From a virus (lineage: Duplodnaviria > Heunggongvirae > Uroviricota > Caudoviricetes): a stretch of 64,000 bases of DNA. Shown piece after piece: positions 45,871 through 58,700 of the stretch. Positions within the stretch are counted from its first letter, which is position 1. Every line of letters begins with the position of its first letter. The translations under genes were made by a program, and so were the position numbers. The DNA lies in IMG/VR virus record IMGVR_UViG_3300031952_004642; one strand, 5' to 3'. A model generated the notes under the pieces. The model was not told the DNA's origin. It did no database searches and was given only the letters and a program-made list of their open reading frames with translations.

Positions 45871-46332
45871 TCAGCTTTTTTGCCTTATTTTGCATCTAAC
45901 CCCTCCTATTATTAAGCGTGTGAGTAATATAATTCCAGTCCCAAAGAACGCAAATGAAAATCCAAGAACAACCAGACCTGTGGAAAGCACTAAATAATAA
46001 AGAAAACTGGTCATAGCAATTTCATGCAAAGCAGACCTGATTATTTCCGTTACCATGAACCCAGCCAAGCCAGCAAACAGCAAAAAGAACGATTCAAACC
46101 TGCTCATTCAGCACACCAACCCCATAGATACACAGTTCTCCAATCTGTTAACATCATAACAAGTTGGAATACCCAGAATCCAAGAATTCGTTATCAGATT
46201 AGTGCATCTCGTGGTATTCTCATAACGTGGAAACGGATAACTGACTTCAAGAAATACTCCGAAAAACAGAAGGAATAATACACATAAAGCAATGACTATA
46301 ATACAAAAGTTTCTATCAATATTATTGCCCAT
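45871..46332 (-). CDS. Two small membrane/Cys proteins (45871-46107, 78 aa; 46108-46332, 74 aa with 6 Cys)
   Basis: Hydrophobic N-termini. Adjacent start/stop. Immediately downstream of the MBL gene. Confidence 0.45.
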
Positions 46333-46346
46333 TAGTTCACCACATC

Positions 46347-47252
46347 TTATTTTCGAGTCAGGTACATAACGTTCTTATCGAAGGCGAAACATAATTCACC
46401 TTTTTCATAAAGATGACTTACGAAACCGCTAATCACGGTCTTCATCAACACATACCGCTGGAGACTGTCTATTGGCGCACTGTAGCCATCACAAACAGTC
46501 CTCAGCAAATCATCGAAAGTCATCTTGCCCCGAAGAGAATTCCTCACATAATCCTCGACCGAATCCACGACTTCCTCATGGGCGGAAACAACGCTGGCGA
46601 TATCACCGAAAGGCTCGCCATGGGATGGCACATAAAGCTGGTAGTCGCTCTGGCGAAGCCATTCAAAGGTCTTCCTCGTTGAGCCGATGTCCATGTAAAA
46701 AGGTATCTTATGCTTCGCCAAGACCTCTTCTCCAAAAACACTATCAGCGCAGAACAGGACATTCTTGCCGACACCAATCCCGATTTGATTCGGACTATGG
46801 CCCTGCAAAGGAACGACATCAAGAAGGTAATCATGCCACATGAAACGACCAGCAGGCAGGACAGCAACATTGCGGGTCGGCTGGGCCTGAAGGAACTTGT
46901 TCCTCAGCTCTTTCGGGACATCTGGCGAACCGAAAAGGTACATCGGCTCGAGTTCTGGTGATGAAATCAAAGCAGCCTCGACATCGGGAGCCAAGAAGGC
47001 CATTTGAGGATGGACACGCTGCAAATAAGCGTTGCCGCCGCAATGGTCAGCATGATGATGCGTGCTTATGACGGTATGCAGACCAACATTCTTCCCGACA
47101 GCAATCCTGTCGATTTTCTTGGCGGCATCATCATCAAGCCCGCTGTCAATCAGAAGAGCATCACGGTCTATGCAGACCAAGCCAACGTTAGTATGCGAGG
47201 CTAGGTAATAAACTCTCCCCTTTCCAGTCGTCTGAATATCACTGAGTTCCAT
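46347..47252 (-). CDS. MBL-fold metallo-hydrolase
   Basis: VISTHHHADHCGGN is the HxHxDH motif; later His/Asp ligands are present. Confidence 0.8.
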   Translation of the reverse strand: MELSDIQTTGKGRVYYLASHTNVGLVCIDRDALLIDSGLDDDAAKKIDRIAVGKNVGLHTVISTHHHADHCGGNAYLQRVHPQMAFLAPDVEAALISSPELEPMYLFGSPDVPKELRNKFLQAQPTRNVAVLPAGRFMWHDYLLDVVPLQGHSPNQIGIGVGKNVLFCADSVFGEEVLAKHKIPFYMDIGSTRKTFEWLRQSDYQLYVPSHGEPFGDIASVVSAHEEVVDSVEDYVRNSLRGKMTFDDLLRTVCDGYSAPIDSLQRYVLMKTVISGFVSHLYEKGELCFAFDKNVMYLTRK

Positions 47253-47256
47253 ATTA

Positions 47257-48666
47257 TCACACCAGAGTATAACAATGCTTCATCTTCGGCTCGATGCGAC
47301 CATCGACCAACTGCGCAAACAGGCCATCGGACATCACCAGAGTCTTAGGTGATTTAGCGAGTTCGGCAAAGAGCTTCACCTTATCAGGCAGCAAAAAGTT
47401 CTCAGTCCCACAGCCAGCCGCATGATATGTATTATGCAACCAGCTAGCCTTGCAGACGCACCCACCAGCACACGAAGGCAGGAAGATATGCCTCGAGCAT
47501 TGGTCAATCATCGTCGGGTCACGTTTCAGCACATCACCATAGACGGCTGTCTTAGTGAAAACACCATTATCAGAAAGCGTTCCAACCACATGCTTCTTCT
47601 GGCCAACGAGCTCCCAGCATTTATAGACATCCCCGAACGGGTCAATGATATAAGAGCCATCAGCAATGCTGGAACATGGTAACGCCTGAGGCGAAGGCCT
47701 GATATCAAGCCTGAAGCCCCTCTCATGTGCAGCACGCCACAATTCTGGCATCACGCTGAAAAGCTTTGTATCAGGGATGACATGATTCTTGTATGCATCA
47801 CAGGCCTCAGTGAAGGCAGTTATATAGCAGAAATCAGTGTAGATATGAGTCAAGTCCTTCGATTTCAACTGGTCAAGCATATTAATCATCGTAGGGTAGG
47901 TCTCATTAGTGAGGCTTATCCTTATGTGAGTCTCTACGTTCGTGCCCCGAACGAAAGAAAGCACACCATCCGTCACATCATCGAACGAGCCCCTCTTATC
48001 CTTCACATAAAACCTCATCTTGTTATGCATGTCCCTATCACCATCGATGGGCACTTGCAGCCTCATCCTGAACTGGTCAGCCCATTCGATGAATTCTTTG
48101 GTAATCAGGGAACCGTTAGATAGCATCTGCAACTTGAATTTCATGCCAACATCATTAACCCATTCACTGAGCTCATCTGTCGTTCGCATCGCATCATAAG
48201 CTCTCAACATTGGCTCACCACCGTAAAGGATGAGCTCCAGAGTCTTCGGATTGCGCTCAAGCACAGTCATCTTCACGAATTCCTTGAAAGAAGATATCAT
48301 AGACGGACTCATTGACTTGAAACCATGAATCTTCTTTCCGGCTTCACCACGGCCCTGATAGCAATATGGGCATGCGAAATTGCAGTCATAAGTCAACAGC
48401 ATGTTGAACTCGACCTTCTCTTTTCCAGATTTCCAGTGGTTATGGATGCCCCTGTATACAGCAAGCTCATCTGTATCAGGCGAGACAAGAAACCCCTGCT
48501 CATGCATAATCTTCTCGAGGTCGGCATCGAGGTTTTTCGTGTTCAGGTCAGCGACGAACTTTGAATTGCATCTCAATATCGCACCCGAGAGCGTGTTGTA
48601 AATCAGAACCAGATTAGTGCTCGATGGAACCGTGAGATTATACCTCGAAGGCTTCAGCTTTCTCAT
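47257..48666 (-). CDS. Radical SAM/SPASM-domain enzyme (peptide-maturase-like); start likely Met-15 at 48666
   Basis: CNFACPYCY; GGEPML. C-terminal CSSIADG..CWEL ... CSRH..CAGGCVC. N-terminal YNLTVPSSTNLVLIYNTLSGAILRCN is an RRE-like leader-binding region. TTTATAAAC lies 23-31 nt upstream of that Met. Confidence 0.8.
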   Translation of the reverse strand: MRKLKPSRYNLTVPSSTNLVLIYNTLSGAILRCNSKFVADLNTKNLDADLEKIMHEQGFLVSPDTDELAVYRGIHNHWKSGKEKVEFNMLLTYDCNFACPYCYQGRGEAGKKIHGFKSMSPSMISSFKEFVKMTVLERNPKTLELILYGGEPMLRAYDAMRTTDELSEWVNDVGMKFKLQMLSNGSLITKEFIEWADQFRMRLQVPIDGDRDMHNKMRFYVKDKRGSFDDVTDGVLSFVRGTNVETHIRISLTNETYPTMINMLDQLKSKDLTHIYTDFCYITAFTEACDAYKNHVIPDTKLFSVMPELWRAAHERGFRLDIRPSPQALPCSSIADGSYIIDPFGDVYKCWELVGQKKHVVGTLSDNGVFTKTAVYGDVLKRDPTMIDQCSRHIFLPSCAGGCVCKASWLHNTYHAAGCGTENFLLPDKVKLFAELAKSPKTLVMSDGLFAQLVDGRIEPKMKHCYTLV

Positions 48667-48750
48667 TATGATTAATTTCATAGTAAGATTTATAAACTTT
48701 CGCACCAATTTACATTTTCACTATATACAAGTCCAACAGTTAACTGTTAT

Positions 48751-49782
48751 TTAGTATTTAGCACCAAGGAAGCTTTTGATAGCTCCACCGAAGAAATAGA
48801 CGAGAGCAAGCACGACAAAAACGACACCTATAGCTAAAATGAACACAGTGACTGGCTGGGTGATTCCAGTCAGGAAACCCGATATCCCATATCCTACAGA
48901 AGTGAGCATCTGAGTCATCGGCATCTCCTCGAGGATTTCCGCAGAGACATCATAGCCGCTTCCAGAATCAGCAAGGACATTCGGCATTACGATGAACGCA
49001 AATAAGAACGGAAGCAGAATGGAAATATAGCCAACACCATGCCTGAAAGACTGATTCGCTGAACGCTTCCATCTGACGAACATCAGGCAAGCCGCACACA
49101 TGATTACGATTAAAGCTCCAGCAATAAAAAAGACGGCCCCATCATTTCCACTGGAAACTGGTTCAGGCTTTGGCGGCACTGGAAAGCTCGTCACGACCGC
49201 TGGCTCATAGAAGCCCGCACCCAGTTCATTATCCGCATAACGGAATGATGTCATAGGCTGGCCAGTTGCCTTGAGAACCGCATGGATATCATTCGTGCCG
49301 ACCTGATTCTGCTGGCCAACGACAATAGCCATCCAACCCCTGATGCCTTTCTTGAGAACGACATTCTTGGCTGTCGCCTTATCGACATACGCAACCTCGA
49401 AAGGAACATCTGCGAAATCACCGACAGCATAGTGGATATCATCAGGCAGCATTATCGTGAATGTCATTTTCTTGGAGCTGAACGGCGCAACTGTGACCAT
49501 CTGGCTTTCCAAGTAGATAAGAGGCGATTCGACCAGAATCGCAACATCAACAGGATTCTCGCCATTGTTCTGGAGCTCGAAAGACCAGTAATGAGGGCTG
49601 CCTATCTCATTGAGAGGCACATAAACGACCTTTTGGCCATAGTATTCAACGAGCCCGAGACCAAACGCAGAGCCGCTCAACAACACCCAGACAAACGATG
49701 CCATCAGGGCTAACCTGATACCAGCGTTAATCACCTGAGTCCTCGCTTTAGGAGGAGATATACCATTCCTGTCCGACATCAT
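48751..49782 (-). CDS. Membrane protein (343 aa): signal/TM, ectodomain, C-terminal polytopic segment
   Basis: Hydropathy pattern. Its start overlaps the giant-gene stop by about 35 nt. Confidence 0.55.
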   Translation of the reverse strand: MMSDRNGISPPKARTQVINAGIRLALMASFVWVLLSGSAFGLGLVEYYGQKVVYVPLNEIGSPHYWSFELQNNGENPVDVAILVESPLIYLESQMVTVAPFSSKKMTFTIMLPDDIHYAVGDFADVPFEVAYVDKATAKNVVLKKGIRGWMAIVVGQQNQVGTNDIHAVLKATGQPMTSFRYADNELGAGFYEPAVVTSFPVPPKPEPVSSGNDGAVFFIAGALIVIMCAACLMFVRWKRSANQSFRHGVGYISILLPFLFAFIVMPNVLADSGSGYDVSAEILEEMPMTQMLTSVGYGISGFLTGITQPVTVFILAIGVVFVVLALVYFFGGAIKSFLGAKY

Positions 49783-52700
49783 TCACGTACACCTGCTTGG
49801 CTGTTTCTGAAGGCAGAGCTGACGGGTCTATTCCGAAGTACAAGGTCAGCAGACCAGTGCCCGACCCACGCCTGTCGAGATAAGCGCCATCGATGACAAC
49901 GGCAATCCCATCCAATAGTCCAGTTGAAGTTGCCCATATTCCGGTAGGCCCAGCCTTGAAGACATTCCCATCCACTGGCAGCAGATAAGTCGGCTGGCTG
50001 ACACCAACGAGACTATAGGCGGTTATCGTTATGTTTGTCTGGTTCACATTGCCAGTGTTCCTGAGAGTCACATAATCAGGGAAAGTCGGGCCATCATTTA
50101 ACATATATGAACCGAAAGAGATGGTGCTTGTATCGCTGACCCAAGCCTTCAGCTCATTGTAAGTCAGGCTGCCGATTAGCGATGTGTTGCACAGCAGGCC
50201 CAAATCACACACATGAAGCTCGGCTGCCCAGATTCCAGCAGCATAGTAATACTGCATCGGCAAAGTGCATTCGAACCTTCTGGCAGTCGCACTGATGTTG
50301 TAATTCCTGCACGAGGAATTGATAACGCTCTCGGAGCCTTTATATATTTTCCCATAATGCACTGCGCCAGTCACGCCAGACACATCATCCGCACTGAAGT
50401 TGACCGACACATACACAACAGAATCCTCGAGTGGAGTCGCAATCGGCTGCACTGACACATCATAAATGAATGGTGGGCTGGTATCAACCTTGAACATCAC
50501 ATCAACACTCTTCACATTGAATGCAGTGTCGTTGGCAGTTACCCTGAGATAGTATGTACCATCTGGAAGGCCCGTCGCCACGAAATTGAAATCAGTCAGG
50601 TTGCCAGTGTTGTTGAATCTGGAATCATTGATGAACACCAAATCGAGATGAGCATCATACACAACACCGAATATTGTCACATTCCCGACTGGATAGACAG
50701 TGCCATTGACTGGATAATATACATCAACAACGGGCAGCGAATTATCATCATCCTCCCAGATGTTTGGATTCGTACCATAAAAATTAATCTCCTGACCATC
50801 AGTGAACCCACCCTCATCGGTGTCTGCACTGAACGGATTCGTGTAATAAGTGAACAGCTCAACGAAATCAGTCAGATTGTCAGAATCGGAATCCATGCCC
50901 TGCAAGGTCGCATTATCAGGCAGGTTGAATATCACGAATGCCTGCTGGTATCTGCCGAACATGACATTTGTCCACATCGCATCAAGATGCAGTCCATAAT
51001 CATAAATATCATCATCCGAAGTGAATTGAATCTCAGAAAATTCCTTGAAATATACACCAAGACTCTCAGGATATGTCGCATTGAAGATATTCGCAGCAAC
51101 GCCCTCAATCACATCATTTTCCTGAGTCAACATTGTCGACGGGTTCGCATGAAAATCCCTTGTCATGGCGTTAAGGTCATACTGCCAACTGAAAATCGCA
51201 TTGTAATCCATAACGTAATTCTGAGCATGCCAGAAGTATATGCTCCACCAGCTATCTGAATGCCAGTAATGGGTATAATAGTTCCTGATTCCATTTGAAG
51301 GGATGATAGTCTCATTCCACCAGAAATCCAAGAATGCAAAACAGTACCTGTACTGGTCAGTCCCTTCTGGAGAATCAGCATTGAAACCATCAACAGGCTG
51401 ACCGCCATAAGGTATCTCCTCGCCAGACGGCAGGCGAATCTTGTTCTTGTCAAAAGTATGGACACCCCTTGTCGGATTAAGGACACCAGTATCGAAAGAC
51501 TCACCATTCCATATCCCACCCCTGAACAGCTCACCAGCATCATAAAGAGTGCCAGACCTTTCAGGGCCGAGTCCAGACTCACGGCCACCACCATAATATT
51601 CCACCATCATGCATTCATAGAGGTCTCCACCAGATTCGATGCACCACCTATAGACGGAATAATTGAACCTCGGCATTCCTTCCATGTAAAGAAGCTTGTA
51701 TTCCAGAGGCTCTGGAATGCAACCAAATGAAACGTATTTGCGCTCATTCTGATTCGGCTGGTTGAGCGGATGACTCAAGCTCGGCTTAGTCCAGTTTATC
51801 ACCATCATCGTATCATTCCAGACCTCGAAAGTGTACCAGCTCTGGACGAGATTCTCCTTTTCTATATACCACATATCTGAAGTGTTGGACATCGACTCAA
51901 AAGCCCAGACAGTCCCGTTCCACCATCTCAGACGAAGATTACCAGAGCCAGTCACATTGGTCTCTATCCATATGGAATCCTCACGCTGGCAGGAACCTTC
52001 CCTATACCCAGAGCAGAGCCTGACCCTGTTGTCATCATCATCAGTAATCGGACTGCCAGCAAAGCAGAATTCTGGAACCCTGAACTCATTCTCATACGCA
52101 TCGGAATATCCAGTTGACTGGTCACCCTCGGCAACAGCCCTGTAAAAGAACGTTTTCCCATAAACTACTGGAACAATGAAACAACTAACCATTGGAGCAG
52201 ACACGATTCCAGTCACCTTGCTGGACTCATTGAAAAACTCATTCAAAGTGTCCTCTTCCCAATACTGGAAATACAGGTCAACAGTCTGAGAATCTGCATC
52301 AGTCAGGTTGAGACAGACAGTCACCTGCTCATTCGGTCTGTCCTCTGTATAATTCAGGAATTCAACAATCGGAACGGAAGGCAGGCTGCCAAGCGTTATG
52401 TTGGCATCAGCATATCCACAGGTTTCTTCAGCACCCGAAACACAGGACATTGCACGTATATAATAAGTTGAATTTTCCTGAAGACCTGAAATATTGAACT
52501 TCGGGATTGCGGACTCATTGAAATAACCAGTCATATTCTCACCAACGAACCACGGATTGAACGAATACCTTACCCAGTTATCAGAGGTCGGGTCAACATC
52601 CCATGAAACATTTATGGCAGTATCGTTTATCGCCTCAACCGTAAGATTAGATAAAACAGCCAACGGGTATTCGAGTTCAATTTCAGGGCCGATGGTCACA

Positions 52701-55700
52701 TTCTGCCAGACACCTGAATAAGACAGCGACTGGGACTCCGAGGAAGCGCCAGATTTCCCGTAATACATCCAGAATTTCATCTCATAATCACCATCAAGAT
52801 GGTCGAGATAGACTGTGAGCCAAACATTTGCCTGATAGAACCATGTCATCTCTATATGGTAAACATGGTAATAATTCGTGGCAGACCTGAGAGTATACCA
52901 GCTCTGGTCTGAATTATTCTGGCACTGCCATACTACCAGCGTATCATTATAGCTCGCAAGAGCCCTGAACTTAAGCTCAGTATCACCATCCCAGCAATCT
53001 GTCGGAACATCCATCCACCAGCCATAGCCCTCGCCATCCTTCACATTAACCTTGCTCGAAGGCTTCGAACCACTCGGCTTCGTGAAGTTGAAATAAACTG
53101 AAGCATTCGTCTCAACGAAAGGCGAGCCAAAGGTGTTCATGTCACCGTCATAAGTGTGATTGCAGTTCACCCACACACCATCACAACGAGTCGCATTCGG
53201 AATTATCTGGGTAGCCGTCCCTCCAGCCTGAGTCACATTAATATATTGCAAAGTATAATTGAGCTTCGAGACTTCCTCGAAATCAACGAACCTGAAATCA
53301 GCACCAGTATCCGGCTCACCAAGACTTCCGAAATTGAAACCCTCATCATCCAGCGTCACGTTCACTGCATAGCTTTCCAAATCGGAAGGCACATCCTTGA
53401 CAGTAACGAGTCTCTTCTTCGGGAAATCGGTAAGCTCATCAAGCCAGCCCTCAGTCCTCACGAGAAACGAATATTCTCCACCAATCACACCCCATATATC
53501 TCCAGAATAATGGGTGAAATTATAAACGGTATTCCATTTCAGGAGCTCATGATTCGCAGTCCACTCATCGGAAGTCGTCAGAGCAGTCCTTATCGTCTCA
53601 GACTGTTCGAGGATTTTCAGCGAAATCCATTCATTGTCTGGCGCATTGTCCCATTTGAAAGTGAGATAATTCGTACCCTTATCATGGACACGCATGTTCA
53701 GCGCACGTGGCTCATCATTTGCCATGAACTGATAGATTCCAGATGTCGTCACGTAAATCCCATCGGTCACATTGACGAACCATGTGTAATTCTGGAAAAT
53801 CGTGAAATTGATGCTCCAGACGACCTGAGCAACCCCGCCAGATGCCACAGCATAATCAACGCCTATCAGTGCATCATCAGTGCCATTGTAGAAATACACA
53901 TCCATCACATCGGCATCAGGGTCTGTCACTGTAATCTGTAAAGAGACAGGAGGAATCACACCACTGCCATTGTAAGGCTCCTCATTTGTCGGCTGGTCTG
54001 GAGGCGAAGAAGTGAACGCACCATACGATGAATTCGTTCCCGCATCATTTGATTCGTTGGCGAACGTGAAAATGAACACACCAGAAGGCAGTCCGCTGAC
54101 AGCCCATGTGTAATTGCAGGACAAGTCAGAATCACAGCCAGCATCAGCCATCGTCACCGATGAATCGATGAGCTCCTCACCAACACCCTGAACAGTGCTC
54201 CAGTGAATCTGGAAATCGCCGTAATCATTATCTCCACGTGTCCAGTTGATGTAATAAGAAAATCCATTCCTGAGAATCTGGCCACCACTGTTCGGCTCGA
54301 GAGCTGTAATAGGTTTCGGATAAAACTTGTATGGAATGCCAGCGACACCAGCACGGATGCCAGTCAGACCCTGAAGGCCGCCAGAAACGAAACTGATTTC
54401 ATTGCTATAAAAAGTGTTGCCTGTCGAGCTTAGCAGGTAGACCGCAGCACCTGCACCACCATCTCCCTTATATGTCAGTCCGTCATTGTGAGCATTGCCT
54501 CCACGACCGCCACTCACATTATATATAGAGTTATAGCCAACGAAGTTCGTACCTGATGAATTAAGCATGATTCCCGCACCGATTCCACCAGTCCCGCCAT
54601 GAGCATTCTGGTTCGTCGAACCGCCAAGACCACCTTCGATTTCCGAAATGTCATTGCTGGACACATTATTACCAGAGCCGCCGAACACATAAACGCCCGC
54701 CCCATAAGAGCCTATCCCGCCAAAACTGCCAACCATGTCACCAGATTCACCGATATAATTGGCAATCGTATTGCCTATGACATCCGTGTTGTCGGTATCT
54801 ACGAGTGCGATTTTACCGTAATTTGTTGTCGATGCAAACGAAGTCAGCGTAAGGCCCGTAATCGAAAGGCCGTTCTTATTATACAGGTAAACGATATAAT
54901 CGCTGTCCTGAATGTTGAAGACAGATGTGCCGCTTCCAAGGTCATTCGCCATTGAGTCGCCCTCCAAGAAAATGCCAAACGCAGTGCCATTAGAACCATC
55001 CTTCGCAGTGTAATCAGCGGCATATCCCTGCAAGCCGCCAGAAAGCGAGCTGATAACGTTATTCTGTATTATATTGTCTTCCGATGCGCCGCCAAGATAT
55101 ATGCCATAAGCGTCCATTCCCGAGCTCGCAAGAGCATAGTCGCCGCCAGATGCACCATGTCCACCAGTCACATTAGAAACGATGTTATAAGACACATTAG
55201 ATGCAGTCACATTCCACAGGTAGATTCCAATGCCGTGAGTGCCATGATAACCGCTGCTATTGTAAGATGGATTCGTAAAACCAGAAAGGCCATTGACATA
55301 ACGGAAGGTGCTCCCAGTCACGTTGACATTGACAGAATTCACAATGGCAATCTTTCCAAGGTTCATCGGGCTCACATCCGATATCAACGATAAACCGCTA
55401 ATGACGAGACCACTCTTCCCATATATGTATATAATGTAATCTCCATCAACGGTATTGAAATCAGCAGCCGAAACACCAAGGTCGTTGTCTGTCAAAGCAT
55501 AAACTGGCTCCGAGCCAGTAGCAGACAGAGAACCCGGCTCAAAGTAAACACCATATCCGCTTTGATTGAAAGAACCATAGACATCACTGCCGACCTGAAG
55601 GCCACCAGCACCAGCATATCCACCACGCACAGAGCTCATCGCATTCTTCTGGATGGTATTTCCCGAGACAGTGTTCGAAAGGAAGACTCCCGCACCGATA

Positions 55701-58700
55701 CCACCCGTTCCACCAGTCCTCGAGCCTGAACCAGCAAAGACCACACCATATCCACCGAGGCCGCCAGACACATTGGTCATGTTATTCAGCGTCACGGTGT
55801 TGCCGCTCGCAGAAGACGCAAAGTAGATAGCTGAACCTGCACCACCAACATTCCCTCCGCCACGACCCCTGTAATGGCTGCCTTCACCACCTGTTATGTT
55901 GGAAAATACATTCAAAGAGATGAAATTATCGGAGGATGCCGCATAAACACCAGCACCGATTCCACCAGAAGTCGCAGTGCTGCTTCCACCGCCACACACG
56001 GAATCGCTGAGACCACCTGCGATTTCGCTGATTATGTTGCTGGACACATTATTGGCAGAGCCAGTGATAAGAAAAGCAGCACCCGTTCTCCCACTTGTCG
56101 CTTCAGCGCATGGCGGCACAGATGCAACAATTCCATGGACATGGTTTTCAGTGAATAAGCCACCAGTTGACGCAGCGATGATTCCGTAGCTGTTGTAAGT
56201 CGAGTTGATTCCACCGCTGACGTTGCAATTCTGGATTGTCACATTAGGCACAGTCACATTGAAACCACCATCAATCAACGTGCTGTTCACGAACTGGCAG
56301 ATTATCGTGACCATCTTGTCCACAACAACGCTCTCAGGATAAGTTCCATTGTAGATTCCAATGACATCACCATCGCTGGCAGCATTTATCGCCGACTGTA
56401 TGCTCTGACCATTCACAACAAGCTGGTCATAAGATGCAAGCTGAAGATTGATATGAGCATCACTTGAAAAGTTGAACGCAGTAGAATTATCATAATAACC
56501 GAAAGCACCTGTTGCACTGAGAGTGTACGGCTGTTTATACGCAGTCGCTCCACTGTCATAATAGTATTCAGTCTGCGGAGTCGTTCCAGCATTCACCACT
56601 GAAGAATATACGGTATTTCCAAAAACGTCTTTCAGAGTCACAGAATTCGGAACTCCAACAACATCGTAAATCACATTCCATTTCCTGAAGTATTTGGAAG
56701 TCCCAGTTACATCGTTTATCATCGGAGCAGTAACATTAAGCAGAGTAAGATTGTTCGAACCAGAAAGATTGATGTAACGATTTATCTTGGAATTATTAAT
56801 CATGTTTTCTGTTCCACCCCAATCGAAAACGTATTCAGATGTCATTCCATTGAACGTATTATAGTTAGAAGATGCATCCATCGAGATTGTATAGGCAACA
56901 ATGTTCTCAGCACTTTTTCCATCACAGCTCTGTCTTAGTATCTGACCAAGATTCCCGTTGCTCATGTTGACGCAATCACTAATGACCTGTCCGTAAGGAT
57001 GCACTGAGCCGTTTCCTCCATTGGATTTTGACGCTATCAGGTTTCCGAGTCCGAGAGTCGTCGGCAATCCCATTGACGGCATTTCCCATCCAATAGTACT
57101 GTTGAAATAATTTCCAGTTCTTGTTCCAGTAGTTGCAGAAGGAAAACGTATCCCAATATAGCATCCAGTATAATTACTATTCACCGTATCAAATGATGCT
57201 GAAGAAGTTCCTCTCACACAATAGGTCTTTCCATAACCATCGATAGTAAAATTGTCAGCAACATAAAAAGTTTGCAGATTATTTATGTTTCCATATAATA
57301 TGGAATCCTGAAAAATAAGCCCTGAACCTGTAGCTGGTGGAATACTGTTAAACGTATCTGCACTCAGATGGCTACCATTTATAGCGCTGCCTATGAAAAT
57401 TGCATAACATGGATTTGAATTTGCACTAAAAGCACCTATCAAATGTGAATTAAAAAAATAACCCCATCTTGGAATGAACTGTGTAGTCACACTGTTCCCA
57501 TGATTATCAGAATAATACACAACATTGTAAAAATAATAGTTTTTATGAGCGCCACCAATATAGCTGAACTGGATACCCACGTTGTCAGGGTCTATTGTGA
57601 GATTATAGACATTAACATTATTTGAGACAGTATCATGGTATTTTAGTAAATATGAAGAATCGCCTGAAAGAGTATATGAATTTCCGTAAACATTTATGCC
57701 ACTTCCAGCAAAATATATCCCTTCTGCTGTTGAGCATGACCAATCCCTAGTGAAATTAAATCTTCCCCCAGCATACATCCGCTCTCCACAGTACAGTGGA
57801 TAAACCCTTCTTCTATCAGTCACAAAAAGGTTGCCAGTATGATTCACATAAACCTGAATGTCTGTCGGATTTGATGTGAGCCAAGTCAGATTAAGATAGC
57901 AGTAATCGCCATTAACTGTCATCGTTTCATTTGTGTCATAGCCCTCATCAGTCCAAGTGAGAATGCAATTATCTATCCCATTTCCAGATGGCTGGCTGAC
58001 ATTTACATAGATATATTTCCCTTCAGTGTAACTCGCATTTTCAGGGGTCGGAGAAACGAACACTGGATACAGGTCTACAGTTGAAAATGAATCTGTCCCA
58101 ACAGTGTTATTATAGGCAGCCTTTATCTCATCAGCCGACAGGCTGTAATTGTAAAACCTCACCTCATCAATATAGCCGACAAAACCAGAAGTTCCATCAA
58201 CATATGCACCGACTGTCACATTCTCACCTGTCAACAGGTTCGGATTTATTACACCAGTCCAACCTTCGAGTTTTCCATCAGTATAGACATACGCAGAACC
58301 AGCATCATACACAAAAGCACATAAATGCCAATTATTGTCTGTTATCGTCGTCGTGCCTGTCACATAAACATACCCCGGCCCATATCCACTTATAGCGCAT
58401 TTATTAGAATCCACCACCAACGCAGTTGATTTGCCAGTACCTGAAATTCCGACAGTCACTACATATTTGTTGTTCGTCGATGTCTTGACCCAAGCCATGA
58501 CAGTGTGGTCATTATCGTCAGTTGGCCCATTTGTAATAGATACCTGCAAAAATTCCGCAGAGGTGAATTCAAAAGCATTTCCTACTTTGCCACTCACCAA
58601 TCCATTGGAAATTCCATAAACAGTGTTGCCATATGGGCTCGAATCCACATATTCGTTCATATGCATTATCGAAAGAGCCTGTGAACCCCAAGGATTCAGG

